64,000 bases of DNA from a bacterium (lineage in GTDB: Bacteria; Zhuqueibacterota; Zhuqueibacteria; Residuimicrobiales; Krinioviventaceae), in NCBI GenBank assembly GCA_963693055.1, contig OY843751.1, positions 4,736,001 through 4,800,000 on the forward strand, written 5' to 3'. The translations under genes were made by a program, and so were the position numbers. Positions within the stretch are counted from its first letter, which is position 1; the number at the start of each line of letters is the position of its first letter. The notes under the pieces are model-generated. The model was not told where the DNA came from, searched no databases, and saw nothing but the letters and a program-made list of their open reading frames with translations. Below are positions 27,365 to 37,897 of this stretch, one piece after another.

Positions 27365-28779
27365 ACGCATTAGATTACCCTGAATTCCCGGTAATTATTG
27401 TTGATGATGAAGAGAATTTTCTCCTCAGTGCGGGTTTTACACTCAGTTCAAACGGCATCAACAATGTTATACAATGTCAAAACAGTACCAAAGTTATGGG
27501 TATACTGAAAGAAAAAACCGTATCTGTCATAGCTCTCGACATGACCATGCCCGAGATGTCCGGCTGGGATTTACTGCCTTTGATTGTCAAAGACTTTCCG
27601 GATGTTCCGGTAATTGTAATAACGGCGGTAAATGAGGTAGAAACCGCAGTAGAGTGTATGAAAGCAGGTGCGTTTGACTATATTGTCAAACCCGTTGATG
27701 ACTCACGTCTGGTGACGGCAATTCAACGCGCGCTTGAATTACGCGAAGTTATGGCAGAAAACGTCAAACTGAAACAATACCTGCTCTCAGGCAAGCTGGA
27801 ACACCCTGAAATTTTTGAACATATCATCACCAAAAGCAACCTGATGCGCTCAATTTTCCAATACATTGAAGCTGTTGCGGGCACCTCATTGCCGGTTTTG
27901 GTAACCGGTGAGACAGGTACGGGTAAAGAATTGTTTGCACGCTCAATACATGATATGAGCGGCAGAAAAGGTGAGTTTATTGCTGTTAACGTAGCCGGCC
28001 TTGATGACAATTTATTTTCAGACAGCCTGTTTGGGCATAAAAAAGGTGCGTTTACCGGAGCAGACAAGGAACGTAAAGGTCTTATTGAACAGGCCGCAGG
28101 TGGCACCCTGTTTTTAGACGAAATTGGTGATCTCAGCATGGAATCTCAGGTTAAACTCTTGAGATTGCTCCAGGAAAAGCAATATTATCCCATAGGCTCA
28201 GATATCCCCAAAATGTCTGATGCACGGGTTGTGGTAGCAACCCACCGGGATATTGATCAAATGTCTGAAGATGAAACCTTTAGAAAAGATTTGTATTACC
28301 GATTAAAAGCACACCATGTAAATATTCCCCCGCTTAGTGAGCGTAAAGAGGATATCCCCTTACTTATCAACTTTTTCCTGAACAGGGCATCAAAAGAATT
28401 GAACAAAAAACGCCCGACACCACCCAGAGAACTGTTCACATTGTTGAACAATTATGATTTTCCGGGCAACATACGTGAACTGGAAGGTATGATATTCGAT
28501 GCCGTAAGTCGTCACAAATCCGGTGTATTGTCTACAGAGACGTTCCGTGAAGTAGTAACCCCTAAAACCATTCAAAATACAAACATGGACGCGGGAACAG
28601 AAATTCACGGATTAAACAACATTATCTTTCCCGACCCCTTGCCTTCACTTAAAGAAATTGAAAACAGTATCATTGCCGAAGCTTTAAAACGAGCGGATGG
28701 GAATCAAACCATCGCAGCACAAATGCTTGGCATGACCCGCAGAGCACTAAACAACAGACTTCAACGCGCCCGCAAATAA
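27361..28779 (+). CDS. Sigma54-dependent response regulator (NtrC/AtoC family)
   Basis: Receiver domain, GETGTGKE, GAFTGA, LFLDEIG, FPGNIREL and Fis-type HTH; ATGA overlap with the kinase. Confidence 0.95.
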   Translation: MNALDYPEFPVIIVDDEENFLLSAGFTLSSNGINNVIQCQNSTKVMGILKEKTVSVIALDMTMPEMSGWDLLPLIVKDFPDVPVIVITAVNEVETAVECMKAGAFDYIVKPVDDSRLVTAIQRALELREVMAENVKLKQYLLSGKLEHPEIFEHIITKSNLMRSIFQYIEAVAGTSLPVLVTGETGTGKELFARSIHDMSGRKGEFIAVNVAGLDDNLFSDSLFGHKKGAFTGADKERKGLIEQAAGGTLFLDEIGDLSMESQVKLLRLLQEKQYYPIGSDIPKMSDARVVVATHRDIDQMSEDETFRKDLYYRLKAHHVNIPPLSERKEDIPLLINFFLNRASKELNKKRPTPPRELFTLLNNYDFPGNIRELEGMIFDAVSRHKSGVLSTETFREVVTPKTIQNTNMDAGTEIHGLNNIIFPDPLPSLKEIENSIIAEALKRADGNQTIAAQMLGMTRRALNNRLQRARK

Positions 28780-28780
28780 A

Positions 28781-28889
28781 GGGTGCCACAGATTTACCAC
28801 ATGCCACAAAATTTCATCCCAACATAAAAACATATTTTACAATAACTTGAACCGGTTCAGTGAGCTGGGATGGAATTTTTGTGGCACCC
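28781..28889. promoter_or_regulatory. Putative enhancer (UAS) repeats
   Basis: GTGCCACAGATTTACCA (28783), ATGCCACAAAATTTCATCCCA (28801) and an inverted copy TGGGATGGAATTTTTGTGGCAC (28866). Confidence 0.55.
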
Positions 28890-28966
28890 CTTTTTAATAT
28901 CCTCCAAAAAAAATCATTTAACCTAAAAACATTAAAAACATAGACTTGCGATATACCAACGGCTTG

Positions 28967-28982
28967 TGGCACACCCTTTGCT
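28967..28982 (+). promoter_or_regulatory. Sigma54 -24/-12 promoter
   Basis: TGGCAC-accct-TTGCT is a consensus match. Confidence 0.85.
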
Positions 28983-29078
28983 AGAGAGAGTGTGAACATC
29001 AATTGAAATGGTTTACAAAGCTTTGTAGCAGATATAGAAAAACATCAGATTTAGCACCACCATAAAGGAGTAATCATC

Positions 29079-29474
29079 ATGAAAAGATATATCGTATTAT
29101 TTGTACTCGTAGCCCTGTTCGCAGGCAACAGCTTGGCAGCTGAAAATGTATCAAAAGATCGTTTAGAATTGGCAGAAAAAGCATATAAACTTGCTTTAAA
29201 ATCAGATAACGCGGGTGTTCGCAACAGTGCACTTCATCGCATTGCAGTTTTAAAATCTCGCACTCCAGAGTTCGAAACCAACGAATATAAAAGCATCTTG
29301 AAATCTATGGCTAACAAAGATGACAAAGCTTATATTCGCGTTAATGCCAAGATTACTCTGGACTTGTTGAACAATAAAAACCTGATTGAAAATGTAGATA
29401 CTGAAACTGTTGACCCTAACGAATTCTTTAACAGTATTCACATGAAGATGGTTGATCTTTACGCAATTAATTAA
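29079..29474 (+). CDS. Small secreted helical (HEAT-like) protein
   Basis: AAGGAG RBS; signal peptide ending SLA; ALKSDNAGVRNSAL and DDKAYIRVNA are HEAT-like. Confidence 0.75.
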   Translation: MKRYIVLFVLVALFAGNSLAAENVSKDRLELAEKAYKLALKSDNAGVRNSALHRIAVLKSRTPEFETNEYKSILKSMANKDDKAYIRVNAKITLDLLNNKNLIENVDTETVDPNEFFNSIHMKMVDLYAIN

Positions 29475-29553
29475 TAGCAACAAATAGATTTTAGTTCTTT
29501 GAACAAGTAATACCCTTTCATAACCATTTACTTTTCTTTTCCCAACCTCCGAA

Positions 29554-29586
29554 AAACCAGCGCCTGATACACTCAGGCGCTGGTTT
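29554..29586. repeat. Perfect 14-bp hairpin
   Basis: AAACCAGCGCCTGA-tacac-TCAGGCGCTGGTTT. Confidence 0.8.
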
Positions 29587-29721
29587 AACAAAAAAGAAAG
29601 GGTTTACAACAAGAATTTTTCAAGCCAAATGTACCAAATGTCTTTAGAGGAGTTTTTACTCCCTTATGTGATAGATATATGCTGAATAACTATATTTACC
29701 CTTGATTTTCCCGACCTCTGT

Positions 29722-29751
29722 ATAAAGCCCTCTTCTACCCGAGGGCTTTAT
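29722..29751. terminator. Probable bidirectional terminator
   Basis: ATAAAGCCCTC-ttctaccc-GAGGGCTTTAT between convergent genes. Confidence 0.65.
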
Positions 29752-29756
29752 CATTT

Positions 29757-30314
29757 CTAGTAATCAGAAAATACAACTTTGACTTGTTTACACCCCAGTT
29801 CCATTTCTTTACACATGTCCATAAAAAAAGCAGTAGCTTTTTCATTACATTTATCCCGAACATAACTTTCTGTTAACAACGTTTCGCCTTCCTGAACAAA
29901 ACGATCTGTTAATGTTTCCAATATCTGAATAGCTTCTCGGTCTTCATTTACCAGCAAGCCGCGTTCAGGATAACTGACTGTAGATCCGTTTATCACCGGC
30001 TTTTTCACACGAATGGGTGGCGCATAAACAGTTAATACTTTTTCCTTTTGATCATACTTGATATCGTACGAATCTTTATCAAAATCCAGATAAAAGTCAA
30101 ATGTCACACTTGAATTCACTTGTACCTGAGCATCACTCTTTAAAAATACAAGAGCGGTTTTCTTGACAGTTTCAACAAAATCAACATTTTTGGTTTCAGA
30201 AGCCAAAACGAGTTGGGTTAAACCTTCAAACTTTTCTGTATAGGTTCGTGTTGTAATTTTAGGCGCACAAGATGCCAGAATGACAACAATGCCTGCGATA
30301 ACTAATTTTCTCAT
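29757..30314 (-). CDS. Lipoprotein, DUF4230-like
   Basis: Lipobox ILASC; the KVLTVYAPP region resembles DUF4230. Confidence 0.6.
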   Translation of the reverse strand: MRKLVIAGIVVILASCAPKITTRTYTEKFEGLTQLVLASETKNVDFVETVKKTALVFLKSDAQVQVNSSVTFDFYLDFDKDSYDIKYDQKEKVLTVYAPPIRVKKPVINGSTVSYPERGLLVNEDREAIQILETLTDRFVQEGETLLTESYVRDKCNEKATAFFMDMCKEMELGCKQVKVVFSDY

Positions 30315-30332
30315 ATCATCCTCAAATTAATA

Positions 30333-32588
30333 TCAATAACCAGCCAAAGGAGGTAAATACTTTTTATCGGTTGCCCATCTTTTATTAGGTTTTTTTCCCA
30401 TCTTAAAAACCAGTTCCCCCCCCTGCATTATATTTTTATGCTGAATCCAGGATTTGTTCCATTTTTGACCATTCAATGTTACGGATTGGATATACTTGTT
30501 TTGATCGGACAAATTTTCAGCCCTGACAACGAACCGATTTCCGTCTAAAAGATTCAGCACAGCTTTATCAACTACCGGCGAACCAAACACATAGATACTG
30601 TTTACAGGATTTACAGGATAAAAACCCATTGCACTGAAAACATACCAGGCAGACATTTGCCCACAATCTTCATTACCACACAGGCCTTCCGGTGATTCGT
30701 CGTACAAGGTAGTTAGAATCTGATGAACCCGTTCCTGAGTTTTCCAGGGTTGTGCCGCATAATTATAAAGATAAGCGATATGGTGACTGGGTTCATTACC
30801 ATGGGCATATTGTCCTATCAAGCCAGTTATATCTACCGGCGTAACCTCTCCTTTAACAAACTCGTACGAGAAAAACTGATCCAGCTTTTTAACAAATCTC
30901 TTTTTCCCACCCAGTAGATCAATCAATGCGTATGGTTCCTGGGGTACAAACCAGTTATATTGCCACGCATTACCTTCTGTGTAATCTCCCCGATATTCAG
31001 AATAGTTGGGATCAAAAGGCTCGCGCCACTGCCCGTCAGATAATTTTGCCCTAAAAAATCCGGTTTCCGCATCAAAAACATTTTCATAATTTTTAGATCG
31101 TGCAATATAGGCATTATAGTCAGTTTCATTTCCCAGAGCTTTTGCCATTTGCGCAATACCCCAGTCATCAAGCGCATATTCCAGAGTTTTTGACGCTGCT
31201 TCATTATCTTTATCGATAGGTACGTAACCCATATCCATATAATATTGCAGCCCGTCATAATCTCTCCATTCTGCGCTGGCCTTTATAGCCTGCCATGCTT
31301 TATCAACATCATAATTACGAATACCTTTAAAATACGCATCCACAATTACTGGTACCGAATGATAGCCGGTCATGGTCCAGGCTTCGTTATGATAAATAGA
31401 CCAAACCGGGAGCACCTTGTAAACGTTTTGATCATAATGGGCAAGCATGCTGTTAATAAAATCATTCACCAGAACCGGATTTAATATCGTCACAAGTGGA
31501 TGATACGCCCGATAAGTGTCCCACAATGAAAAGATGGTATAATTTTCAAAACCTTTTGCCTGGTGAATATTTTGATCTAGCCCTCTGTACTGACCGTCTA
31601 CATCCTGATGGATTTCCGGGAACAGCATACTATGATAAAGCGATGTATAAAACGTGGTGCGTGTTTTCAGATCTGCATCTATATCAATCACACCAAGCTC
31701 CTGGTTCCAAGCAGATTCCGCAGCTCTCACTACATTATTAAAATCCCAACCAGGGATTTCAGCGCGCAAATTTTGAATAGCACCGGCAGTACTGACACTT
31801 GACAAACCAATTTTCACATAAACTACCGGACTTTTAGTTTGTTCAAACGTAAAACTTGCCTTTAGATTTGTTCCGCCTTCCAACAAGGCATCACCAACGG
31901 ATTTTCCATTTTTGTAAACAGTAAATTCTTTAACGGGTCTTGAGAATTCAATAGCAAAGTACAATTGACGCATTTTTGACCAACCCATTACATGCTTGCA
32001 GCCGGTAATCAATTGATCATTTTCAACTCTTATGGAAGAATAGAGCACTTGGCGGTTATACACACCATGTACAAGATCCAATAAAATCTTAGGAGAAACC
32101 GGCTCCGGAAAGACGTATTTATGCATGCCCGAACGCTTGGCTGCAGTTAATGAAACCTCTATGTCATAATCCTGTAAATAGACCTGATAAAATCCGGGTT
32201 TTGCAATTTCGCGATCATGCGAAAACCGCGAACGGTAGCTTTCATCGGGATTCGATTTCTGTCCCGCCTCCAATTTAGTTTCACCAATATAAGGCATTAA
32301 AAGGATATCACCCAACCCTCCTTTACCGGTTCCGCTCAAATGGGTATGGCTGAATCCCATTATGGAACTATCAGAATAATGATATCCTGAACACCAGTCC
32401 CATTCCTGGGTGCCGGTATCTGGACTCAGCTTCATCATACCAAAAGGTACAACCGCTCCGGGGAATGTATGTCCATGCGCACTTGTCCCAATCATGGGAT
32501 CGACATAATCACAATAATTATTACTTTTAGGTGCTGCCCATAGCAAATGAGTTACGTACAATATGCAGCACAAAAGTTTATATTTCAC
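30333..32588 (-). CDS. GH92 alpha-mannosidase, secreted
   Basis: GHTFPGA, FSHTHLSGTG, FSLWDTYR, TEGNAWQY, HGNEPSHH and GNEDCGQMSAW motifs. Confidence 0.95.
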   Translation of the reverse strand: MKYKLLCCILYVTHLLWAAPKSNNYCDYVDPMIGTSAHGHTFPGAVVPFGMMKLSPDTGTQEWDWCSGYHYSDSSIMGFSHTHLSGTGKGGLGDILLMPYIGETKLEAGQKSNPDESYRSRFSHDREIAKPGFYQVYLQDYDIEVSLTAAKRSGMHKYVFPEPVSPKILLDLVHGVYNRQVLYSSIRVENDQLITGCKHVMGWSKMRQLYFAIEFSRPVKEFTVYKNGKSVGDALLEGGTNLKASFTFEQTKSPVVYVKIGLSSVSTAGAIQNLRAEIPGWDFNNVVRAAESAWNQELGVIDIDADLKTRTTFYTSLYHSMLFPEIHQDVDGQYRGLDQNIHQAKGFENYTIFSLWDTYRAYHPLVTILNPVLVNDFINSMLAHYDQNVYKVLPVWSIYHNEAWTMTGYHSVPVIVDAYFKGIRNYDVDKAWQAIKASAEWRDYDGLQYYMDMGYVPIDKDNEAASKTLEYALDDWGIAQMAKALGNETDYNAYIARSKNYENVFDAETGFFRAKLSDGQWREPFDPNYSEYRGDYTEGNAWQYNWFVPQEPYALIDLLGGKKRFVKKLDQFFSYEFVKGEVTPVDITGLIGQYAHGNEPSHHIAYLYNYAAQPWKTQERVHQILTTLYDESPEGLCGNEDCGQMSAWYVFSAMGFYPVNPVNSIYVFGSPVVDKAVLNLLDGNRFVVRAENLSDQNKYIQSVTLNGQKWNKSWIQHKNIMQGGELVFKMGKKPNKRWATDKKYLPPLAGY

Positions 32589-34338
32589 GAGTGGGTCCTT
32601 CCTTTTTCAGTTCTTTTTTGATTGCTTTACCCAGGGTTTCAATTAAATACGGCTTACGAATATAGGCCCCCGCTCCCAATTGCTGGGCTTTGATCACTCG
32701 TTCAGTTTCTGCGTAACCGCTGGTGATGATTGCTTTTTGATCGGGATTAACTTGCAGCAACTGCTCATAGGTTTCCAATCCGTCAATGCCAGGCTCCATT
32801 ATCATATCCAGCACAAACAAATCAATTGCATGTTCTTTTAAATACGCTACTGCCTCTTCTCCACTTGGCACGCTCACTACCCTGTAATTCAACTTTTGAA
32901 GAATTGTAGATGCTATCTCGCGTTGTTTTTCAAGATCGTCAACAACCATAATCAATTCACCATTCCCCATAATCTTGGCCAGCTTGTTTTCAGGTGTATC
33001 CGGTTGATTTTCAAAATGGGTAGCCGGAAAAAACATGTCAAAAGCCGTTTCTTTATTCCCCAGATTAGAAGCATCAATATAACCGGCATGATCTTTAACA
33101 ACGCCCCATACAACAGCCATCCCAAGCCCTGAACCTCCCAGACCCATAACTTTTTTTGTATAAAAAGGTTCAAATATTCTCTTTAAATTCTCATCACTGA
33201 GCTCCAGGTTATCACTTTTCACCCGTATTACAACATAATCGCCCTCGGGGATACGTTCATACCCAATAAATGCATGATCAACATGTTTATTTACGGTTGT
33301 AATTGTGACCGTGCCCCCATTGCCCATACACTCGTACATAAAAGTGAGCAAATTTCCTATTACTTTATTCACATGTGAGGGAGAACATTTTACAGATAAT
33401 ATTTTATTTACCAGCCTATTGTTCAAATTTATATTTGAATAATACATTTCAAGCTTTTCATGTTCCAGAGAATTTAAATACTCTTCAATAATGGTATTCA
33501 AATTAAACACAGCTGGCATAACCAATCCACGCCGAGCAAGCATCAACAAGTCCTGTACAATTGAAGCTGCTTTTAAACCAGCCTCTTGAATACTCATAAT
33601 AGGTCTTTTGAGATTACTATCTTCTGGTAGTTCCATCAAAACCAGATCCGGATAGCTTACAATGCCCGTTAAAATATTGTTCAGATCGTGCGCTACACCT
33701 CCAGCCAGGGTGCCAATAGCTTCCATCTTTTCGGAACGTGCAAGTTTTTCTTTTAACGCATCTCGCTCCTGCTCTGCCCTGTAAATGTCAGAAGTATCCA
33801 AAGCGAACCCAATAATCCCAACTACATTACCATCCATATCTTTATAGGGCACTTTACTTACAAGCAAGTGTCTTTCACCTCGTGATGTTTTCACAAAAAC
33901 AGTCTGGTTCAACACGGGAATTTTCTTTTCAAAAACAATTTTATCACTCGCAAAAAAAGAATCTGCATCAGAGGGGAACATATCTGCATGGGTCTTGCCG
34001 ATATAATCCTGCACTACTCCACCAAAAGTTTCTGCAAAGCCCTTGTTTAATCTAATGTATTTTTCGTTTACGTCTTTGTAGAATATCATCCCCGGAGAAG
34101 CGTCAACCATGATTTCCAGTTGTTCATTCTTCATTTTGAGAACATTTTGCAGCTGTGCAAGTTGTTCAGTCCGCTCTTCAACATTTTTTTCCATATTGGA
34201 ATAAAGATCAAAATATTTAGATAATGAGGCTTCATTTTCTTTTCGCGTTAATTCCAGGTCATTGGTCAAATGCTTAACTCGGGTTTCAAGCATTTTGATT
34301 TTGGTTTCCAATTCCTCAATATGTTTTGAATCAGACAT
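32578..34338 (-). CDS. Hybrid PAS histidine kinase/receiver with degenerate ATP-binding motifs
   Basis: Coiled coil, PAS, VAHDLNN, FEPFYTKK, GSGLG and receiver (VVDD...LDM...KP). N-box reads NLLTFM and G1 reads SDNLEL. Confidence 0.88.
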   Translation of the reverse strand: MSDSKHIEELETKIKMLETRVKHLTNDLELTRKENEASLSKYFDLYSNMEKNVEERTEQLAQLQNVLKMKNEQLEIMVDASPGMIFYKDVNEKYIRLNKGFAETFGGVVQDYIGKTHADMFPSDADSFFASDKIVFEKKIPVLNQTVFVKTSRGERHLLVSKVPYKDMDGNVVGIIGFALDTSDIYRAEQERDALKEKLARSEKMEAIGTLAGGVAHDLNNILTGIVSYPDLVLMELPEDSNLKRPIMSIQEAGLKAASIVQDLLMLARRGLVMPAVFNLNTIIEEYLNSLEHEKLEMYYSNINLNNRLVNKILSVKCSPSHVNKVIGNLLTFMYECMGNGGTVTITTVNKHVDHAFIGYERIPEGDYVVIRVKSDNLELSDENLKRIFEPFYTKKVMGLGGSGLGMAVVWGVVKDHAGYIDASNLGNKETAFDMFFPATHFENQPDTPENKLAKIMGNGELIMVVDDLEKQREIASTILQKLNYRVVSVPSGEEAVAYLKEHAIDLFVLDMIMEPGIDGLETYEQLLQVNPDQKAIITSGYAETERVIKAQQLGAGAYIRKPYLIETLGKAIKKELKKEGPTREI

Positions 34339-35219
34339 TAAAATACTCCCTGTATTTCCATTGCACGCAGTTCTTTTTTCATATCGCTGATGATATAATC
34401 AAATGCATAAGGCCCAATATTCATAGCCTTGCTGCATTGACGAAACAAATCATCATCAACTTTGGGGGCGTCACAATATCCTACCCGATTGTCCTGCCCT
34501 AAATAATCCGCTAAATATAATGTGTAAACCATTCGCTGCATATATGCCTGTTGCAAAAGCAATGGCTGATGATGGAATCCTATCGCGGCGACAAGCTCTT
34601 CCGGTAGCTGCCAGTTCCGGGTTATGGCCATACCCACTTCAGCATGGTTAATTCCCAAAATCTCATTTTCAACTTTGATAAGATTTATCTTTTCCTGTTC
34701 TGACTTGATCAAGCATTTTTGAAAATCGTTTTGCAAAAACTGATCAATGGCAATAATTCCAATATTTCTCAGTAATCCTGCCGCGTAAACATCGTCACCT
34801 TTTTCTCCAAACTCTCTTCTGTAAATCATTTTACCGAGGATTGCTACACCAACGCTGTTTTTCCACAATTTGTAACGGGAATATCCTTTTATGGACTCAT
34901 CCTTGTCAAATATCTCGCATACTTTTTGGTTCAATGCAAGTTCTTTCACGGCATCGTAACCCACCCATATTACAGCATGTTCTACATCACTAATTTTAGT
35001 GCGTCTGGCATAATGTGCCGAGTTTGCAAGTTTGAGTACTTTGGCAGTCAGGGGCGGATCGATCTGTATAATTTCTTTAAGTTCTTTGGCTGTAGATGCT
35101 GAATCACTGATCGTTTTAATAATGTTTGAAACAACACTCTTGATTGATGAAATATCTGATTCATTGACCAGATTTACAATCTCGTTCAGTTTTTCCTGCT
35201 TGACTTCTGATACTTCCAT
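34338..35219 (-). CDS. HDOD-domain signalling protein
   Basis: DPPLTAKVLKLANSAHY, AGLLRNIG, HAEVG and WQLPEELVAAIGFHHQP. Confidence 0.9.
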   Translation of the reverse strand: MEVSEVKQEKLNEIVNLVNESDISSIKSVVSNIIKTISDSASTAKELKEIIQIDPPLTAKVLKLANSAHYARRTKISDVEHAVIWVGYDAVKELALNQKVCEIFDKDESIKGYSRYKLWKNSVGVAILGKMIYRREFGEKGDDVYAAGLLRNIGIIAIDQFLQNDFQKCLIKSEQEKINLIKVENEILGINHAEVGMAITRNWQLPEELVAAIGFHHQPLLLQQAYMQRMVYTLYLADYLGQDNRVGYCDAPKVDDDLFRQCSKAMNIGPYAFDYIISDMKKELRAMEIQGVF

Positions 35220-35247
35220 ATAATATAACCTGCCTGCTTGTAATATT

Positions 35248-36618
35248 TTAACGTTTCATCAATTTGTTAATCAATTCCTTGTTCTCATTTTTAACTTTGA
35301 TTTCAACTAAAAATCGGTCTGCCTCTTTAATGAGCGCTTGAACAAGCTCGGGTTTTTCATTATAGAGATCATATTTTTCGGATGGATCGATCAACAAATC
35401 ATACAACTCGTAAGGGTCACATTCCTGCCATGAATAATCGCCCGGACTTTTTCGAAAATGAAGCTTGTATCGTCCTATTCTAATAGCATTCAATTGATCA
35501 TTATAATAGTAATAAATTTTCTCTGTTTTGGATTTCTCATTACCCGCTAATACTCCCATCATGTCATGTCCATCAACAATCCTGTCGGTTGGTACTTGAA
35601 TATCTGCCAGTTTACAACAGGTTGCAAACAGGTCCATGGTTGTACCCATTTCAGTCGTTACTTTGCCTTTAGGTATAAGTGGTGGATATTTGGCAATAAA
35701 GGGAACCCGCATACCTCCCTCCCAGGTGGTTGCTTTATATCCCCGCAGTAGCCCTGAACTACCACCATTTTGCTTCTGAATCATCCAGGGGCCGTTATCG
35801 CTGGTAAAAACAACAAATGTATTGTCTTCTAGTCCGTTACGTTTCAACGCATCCATTACCTGCCCAACACTCCAGTCAATCTCCTCAATTACATCACCAT
35901 ATAATCCGCGTTTTGAAGTATCTTTAAAATAATCTGATACATGCAGTGGTATGTGCGGCATTGAATGCGCCAGATATAAAAAGAAAGGCTTTTCTTTCGC
36001 TCTCTCCATAAATTCTATAGATTCTCTGGTGTAACTCTTTGTCAACAGGTCCTGATTGGCTGGTTGTTCTATAATTTCTTCATTGCGCATAATGGGTATG
36101 GGGGGATCTCCACGCCGCTCAGAATTCATATCATTACTGTATGGAATACCATAATAATAATCAAATCCCCGGCTGGTGGGCAGATATTCTTTATGGTGAC
36201 CCAAATGCCACTTGCCAACACATGCAGTAGCATACCCTTTTTGTTTCAACAGATCTGCCAGGGTAATTTCTGATTGAGGCAAGCCAATATCATGATACGG
36301 AAAGAACACTTTGACCACACCCGTCCGAATGGGCCACCTTCCAGTTAACAGGGCCGCGCGTGAAGGAGAGCAAACAGGATTAGCAGTATAAAACTGGGTC
36401 ATTATTACCCCTTCATCTGCCATCTGGTCAAGATTTGGGGTTCTGATTGTGGGGTGCCCTGTACGTGTTGTATCGCCATACCCCATATCATCTACAAAAA
36501 TGACAACAATATTGGGTAATTTGTTTTTATTTTCCATACATCCTGTGGTAAACTGGCCCAAACATAAAGCACCCATGCCCACAGAAATATTTTTTAAAAA
36601 CTGACGGCGATTTTCCAT
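35248..36618 (-). CDS. Formylglycine-dependent sulfatase (arylsulfatase A family), Tat-type signal
   Basis: RRQFLK; DDMGYGD, CSPSRAALLTGR, GKWHLG and SDNG motifs. Confidence 0.93.
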   Translation of the reverse strand: MENRRQFLKNISVGMGALCLGQFTTGCMENKNKLPNIVVIFVDDMGYGDTTRTGHPTIRTPNLDQMADEGVIMTQFYTANPVCSPSRAALLTGRWPIRTGVVKVFFPYHDIGLPQSEITLADLLKQKGYATACVGKWHLGHHKEYLPTSRGFDYYYGIPYSNDMNSERRGDPPIPIMRNEEIIEQPANQDLLTKSYTRESIEFMERAKEKPFFLYLAHSMPHIPLHVSDYFKDTSKRGLYGDVIEEIDWSVGQVMDALKRNGLEDNTFVVFTSDNGPWMIQKQNGGSSGLLRGYKATTWEGGMRVPFIAKYPPLIPKGKVTTEMGTTMDLFATCCKLADIQVPTDRIVDGHDMMGVLAGNEKSKTEKIYYYYNDQLNAIRIGRYKLHFRKSPGDYSWQECDPYELYDLLIDPSEKYDLYNEKPELVQALIKEADRFLVEIKVKNENKELINKLMKR

Positions 36619-36670
36619 AAAATCCTCAATAATTTCATTTAATCAGCATGCAATAACAATTCCAGAAACT

Positions 36671-37897
36671 CTATTGCAACAAAACCTGATCCATATGAAC
36701 TGCTTTAATATGATATAATCGACGTAACAGTTCAATACAGGCCCTGCCATTATTAAAAGGACCTTTCCAGGGTGAGACTTTGGGAGATGTTTGTATAGGT
36801 TCAAGACCACGGGTAACTTTCCAATGCCACTCTTTGTTTACCGTATCTATTAAATTTTTTTCAATAAATATCCAGCTGTTTACAGAAGCTTCATAATAAC
36901 GTTTATCCTGTGAGATCATGAATGCATTTAAAAAACCAACGGCAGCCTCTGCCTGGGGCCACCAGTGTTTATCAAAATCCGTAATCTCTTTTTGAGTTGC
37001 CTGATAAAACAATCCATAATCTAAATCTGTACCTTCTTCCAATGTAGTATCAGCAATATTTAAAGCAAGCTGTTCAACCTGCGCAATCACATCTTTATTT
37101 CCCAGAACCTGAGCAGCTTCGCACAAAATCCAGGAACTTTCCATATCCAAACCAAATGATATTTGATTCGATGTTTCATTCCAACTTTTATTAAAATATA
37201 ACCTAAAATGCATGGATTCAGAATTGATGATTTTTTCTAAAAAAAGCTCTATTAACTCTTTTAATCTGTAAAACAAATTACCGTCTTTCCATATTCTACA
37301 CAAACTGGTAAATGCTCCAAGAATATATAAATGTGTCAACAATGAACGGTTCGCCAGTTTGCTATTTTCTCCAGATCTGGAAGCATTTAAAGGCGTCCAG
37401 TCTCTCTTAAATGCTTCACAATACCCTAAATTTTCATCATCATGGCTTTTTTCTTCAATTAAATCAAAAAGATTGGTAGCATATTGTAAAACATTCATAT
37501 CCTGAGTTACTTTATAGTGTTCAACCAGAGCAGAAATTAAAAAAGCCTGACCATATATTTCTTTTTGTGTATCTATGACTTTACCCTCGGCATTCAGCTG
37601 CCAATAAGCGCCACCATATTTTACATCAAGAAAATGTTCAACAATATAATCAAAAGATTTTTGTGCAAACGGCAGGTAAATATCACGTTTTTCATATAGA
37701 CAAATACTGGAAAAAACCCATAGTAATTGAGCGTTTAATACTAAAGACTTGGGTGCCTGAGGAATAGGGAATCCATCATATGTGACTTTGCCTACAAATC
37801 CACCATTTTGAGTATCTAGTGCTGTTGTCCTCCAAAATGGTAAAATATTCTCAAACAAGTTATTGTAAACCCGATGTGAGAATTCTTTAATTTCCAT
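36671..37897 (-). CDS. Cellobiose 2-epimerase/AGE-family homologue with catalytic His residues substituted
   Basis: ILPFW, YGQAF and KHWWPQAEA are retained, but LTHLY, SFGLDME and WKGPFNNGRAC lack the family histidines. Confidence 0.8.
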   Translation of the reverse strand: MEIKEFSHRVYNNLFENILPFWRTTALDTQNGGFVGKVTYDGFPIPQAPKSLVLNAQLLWVFSSICLYEKRDIYLPFAQKSFDYIVEHFLDVKYGGAYWQLNAEGKVIDTQKEIYGQAFLISALVEHYKVTQDMNVLQYATNLFDLIEEKSHDDENLGYCEAFKRDWTPLNASRSGENSKLANRSLLTHLYILGAFTSLCRIWKDGNLFYRLKELIELFLEKIINSESMHFRLYFNKSWNETSNQISFGLDMESSWILCEAAQVLGNKDVIAQVEQLALNIADTTLEEGTDLDYGLFYQATQKEITDFDKHWWPQAEAAVGFLNAFMISQDKRYYEASVNSWIFIEKNLIDTVNKEWHWKVTRGLEPIQTSPKVSPWKGPFNNGRACIELLRRLYHIKAVHMDQVLLQ

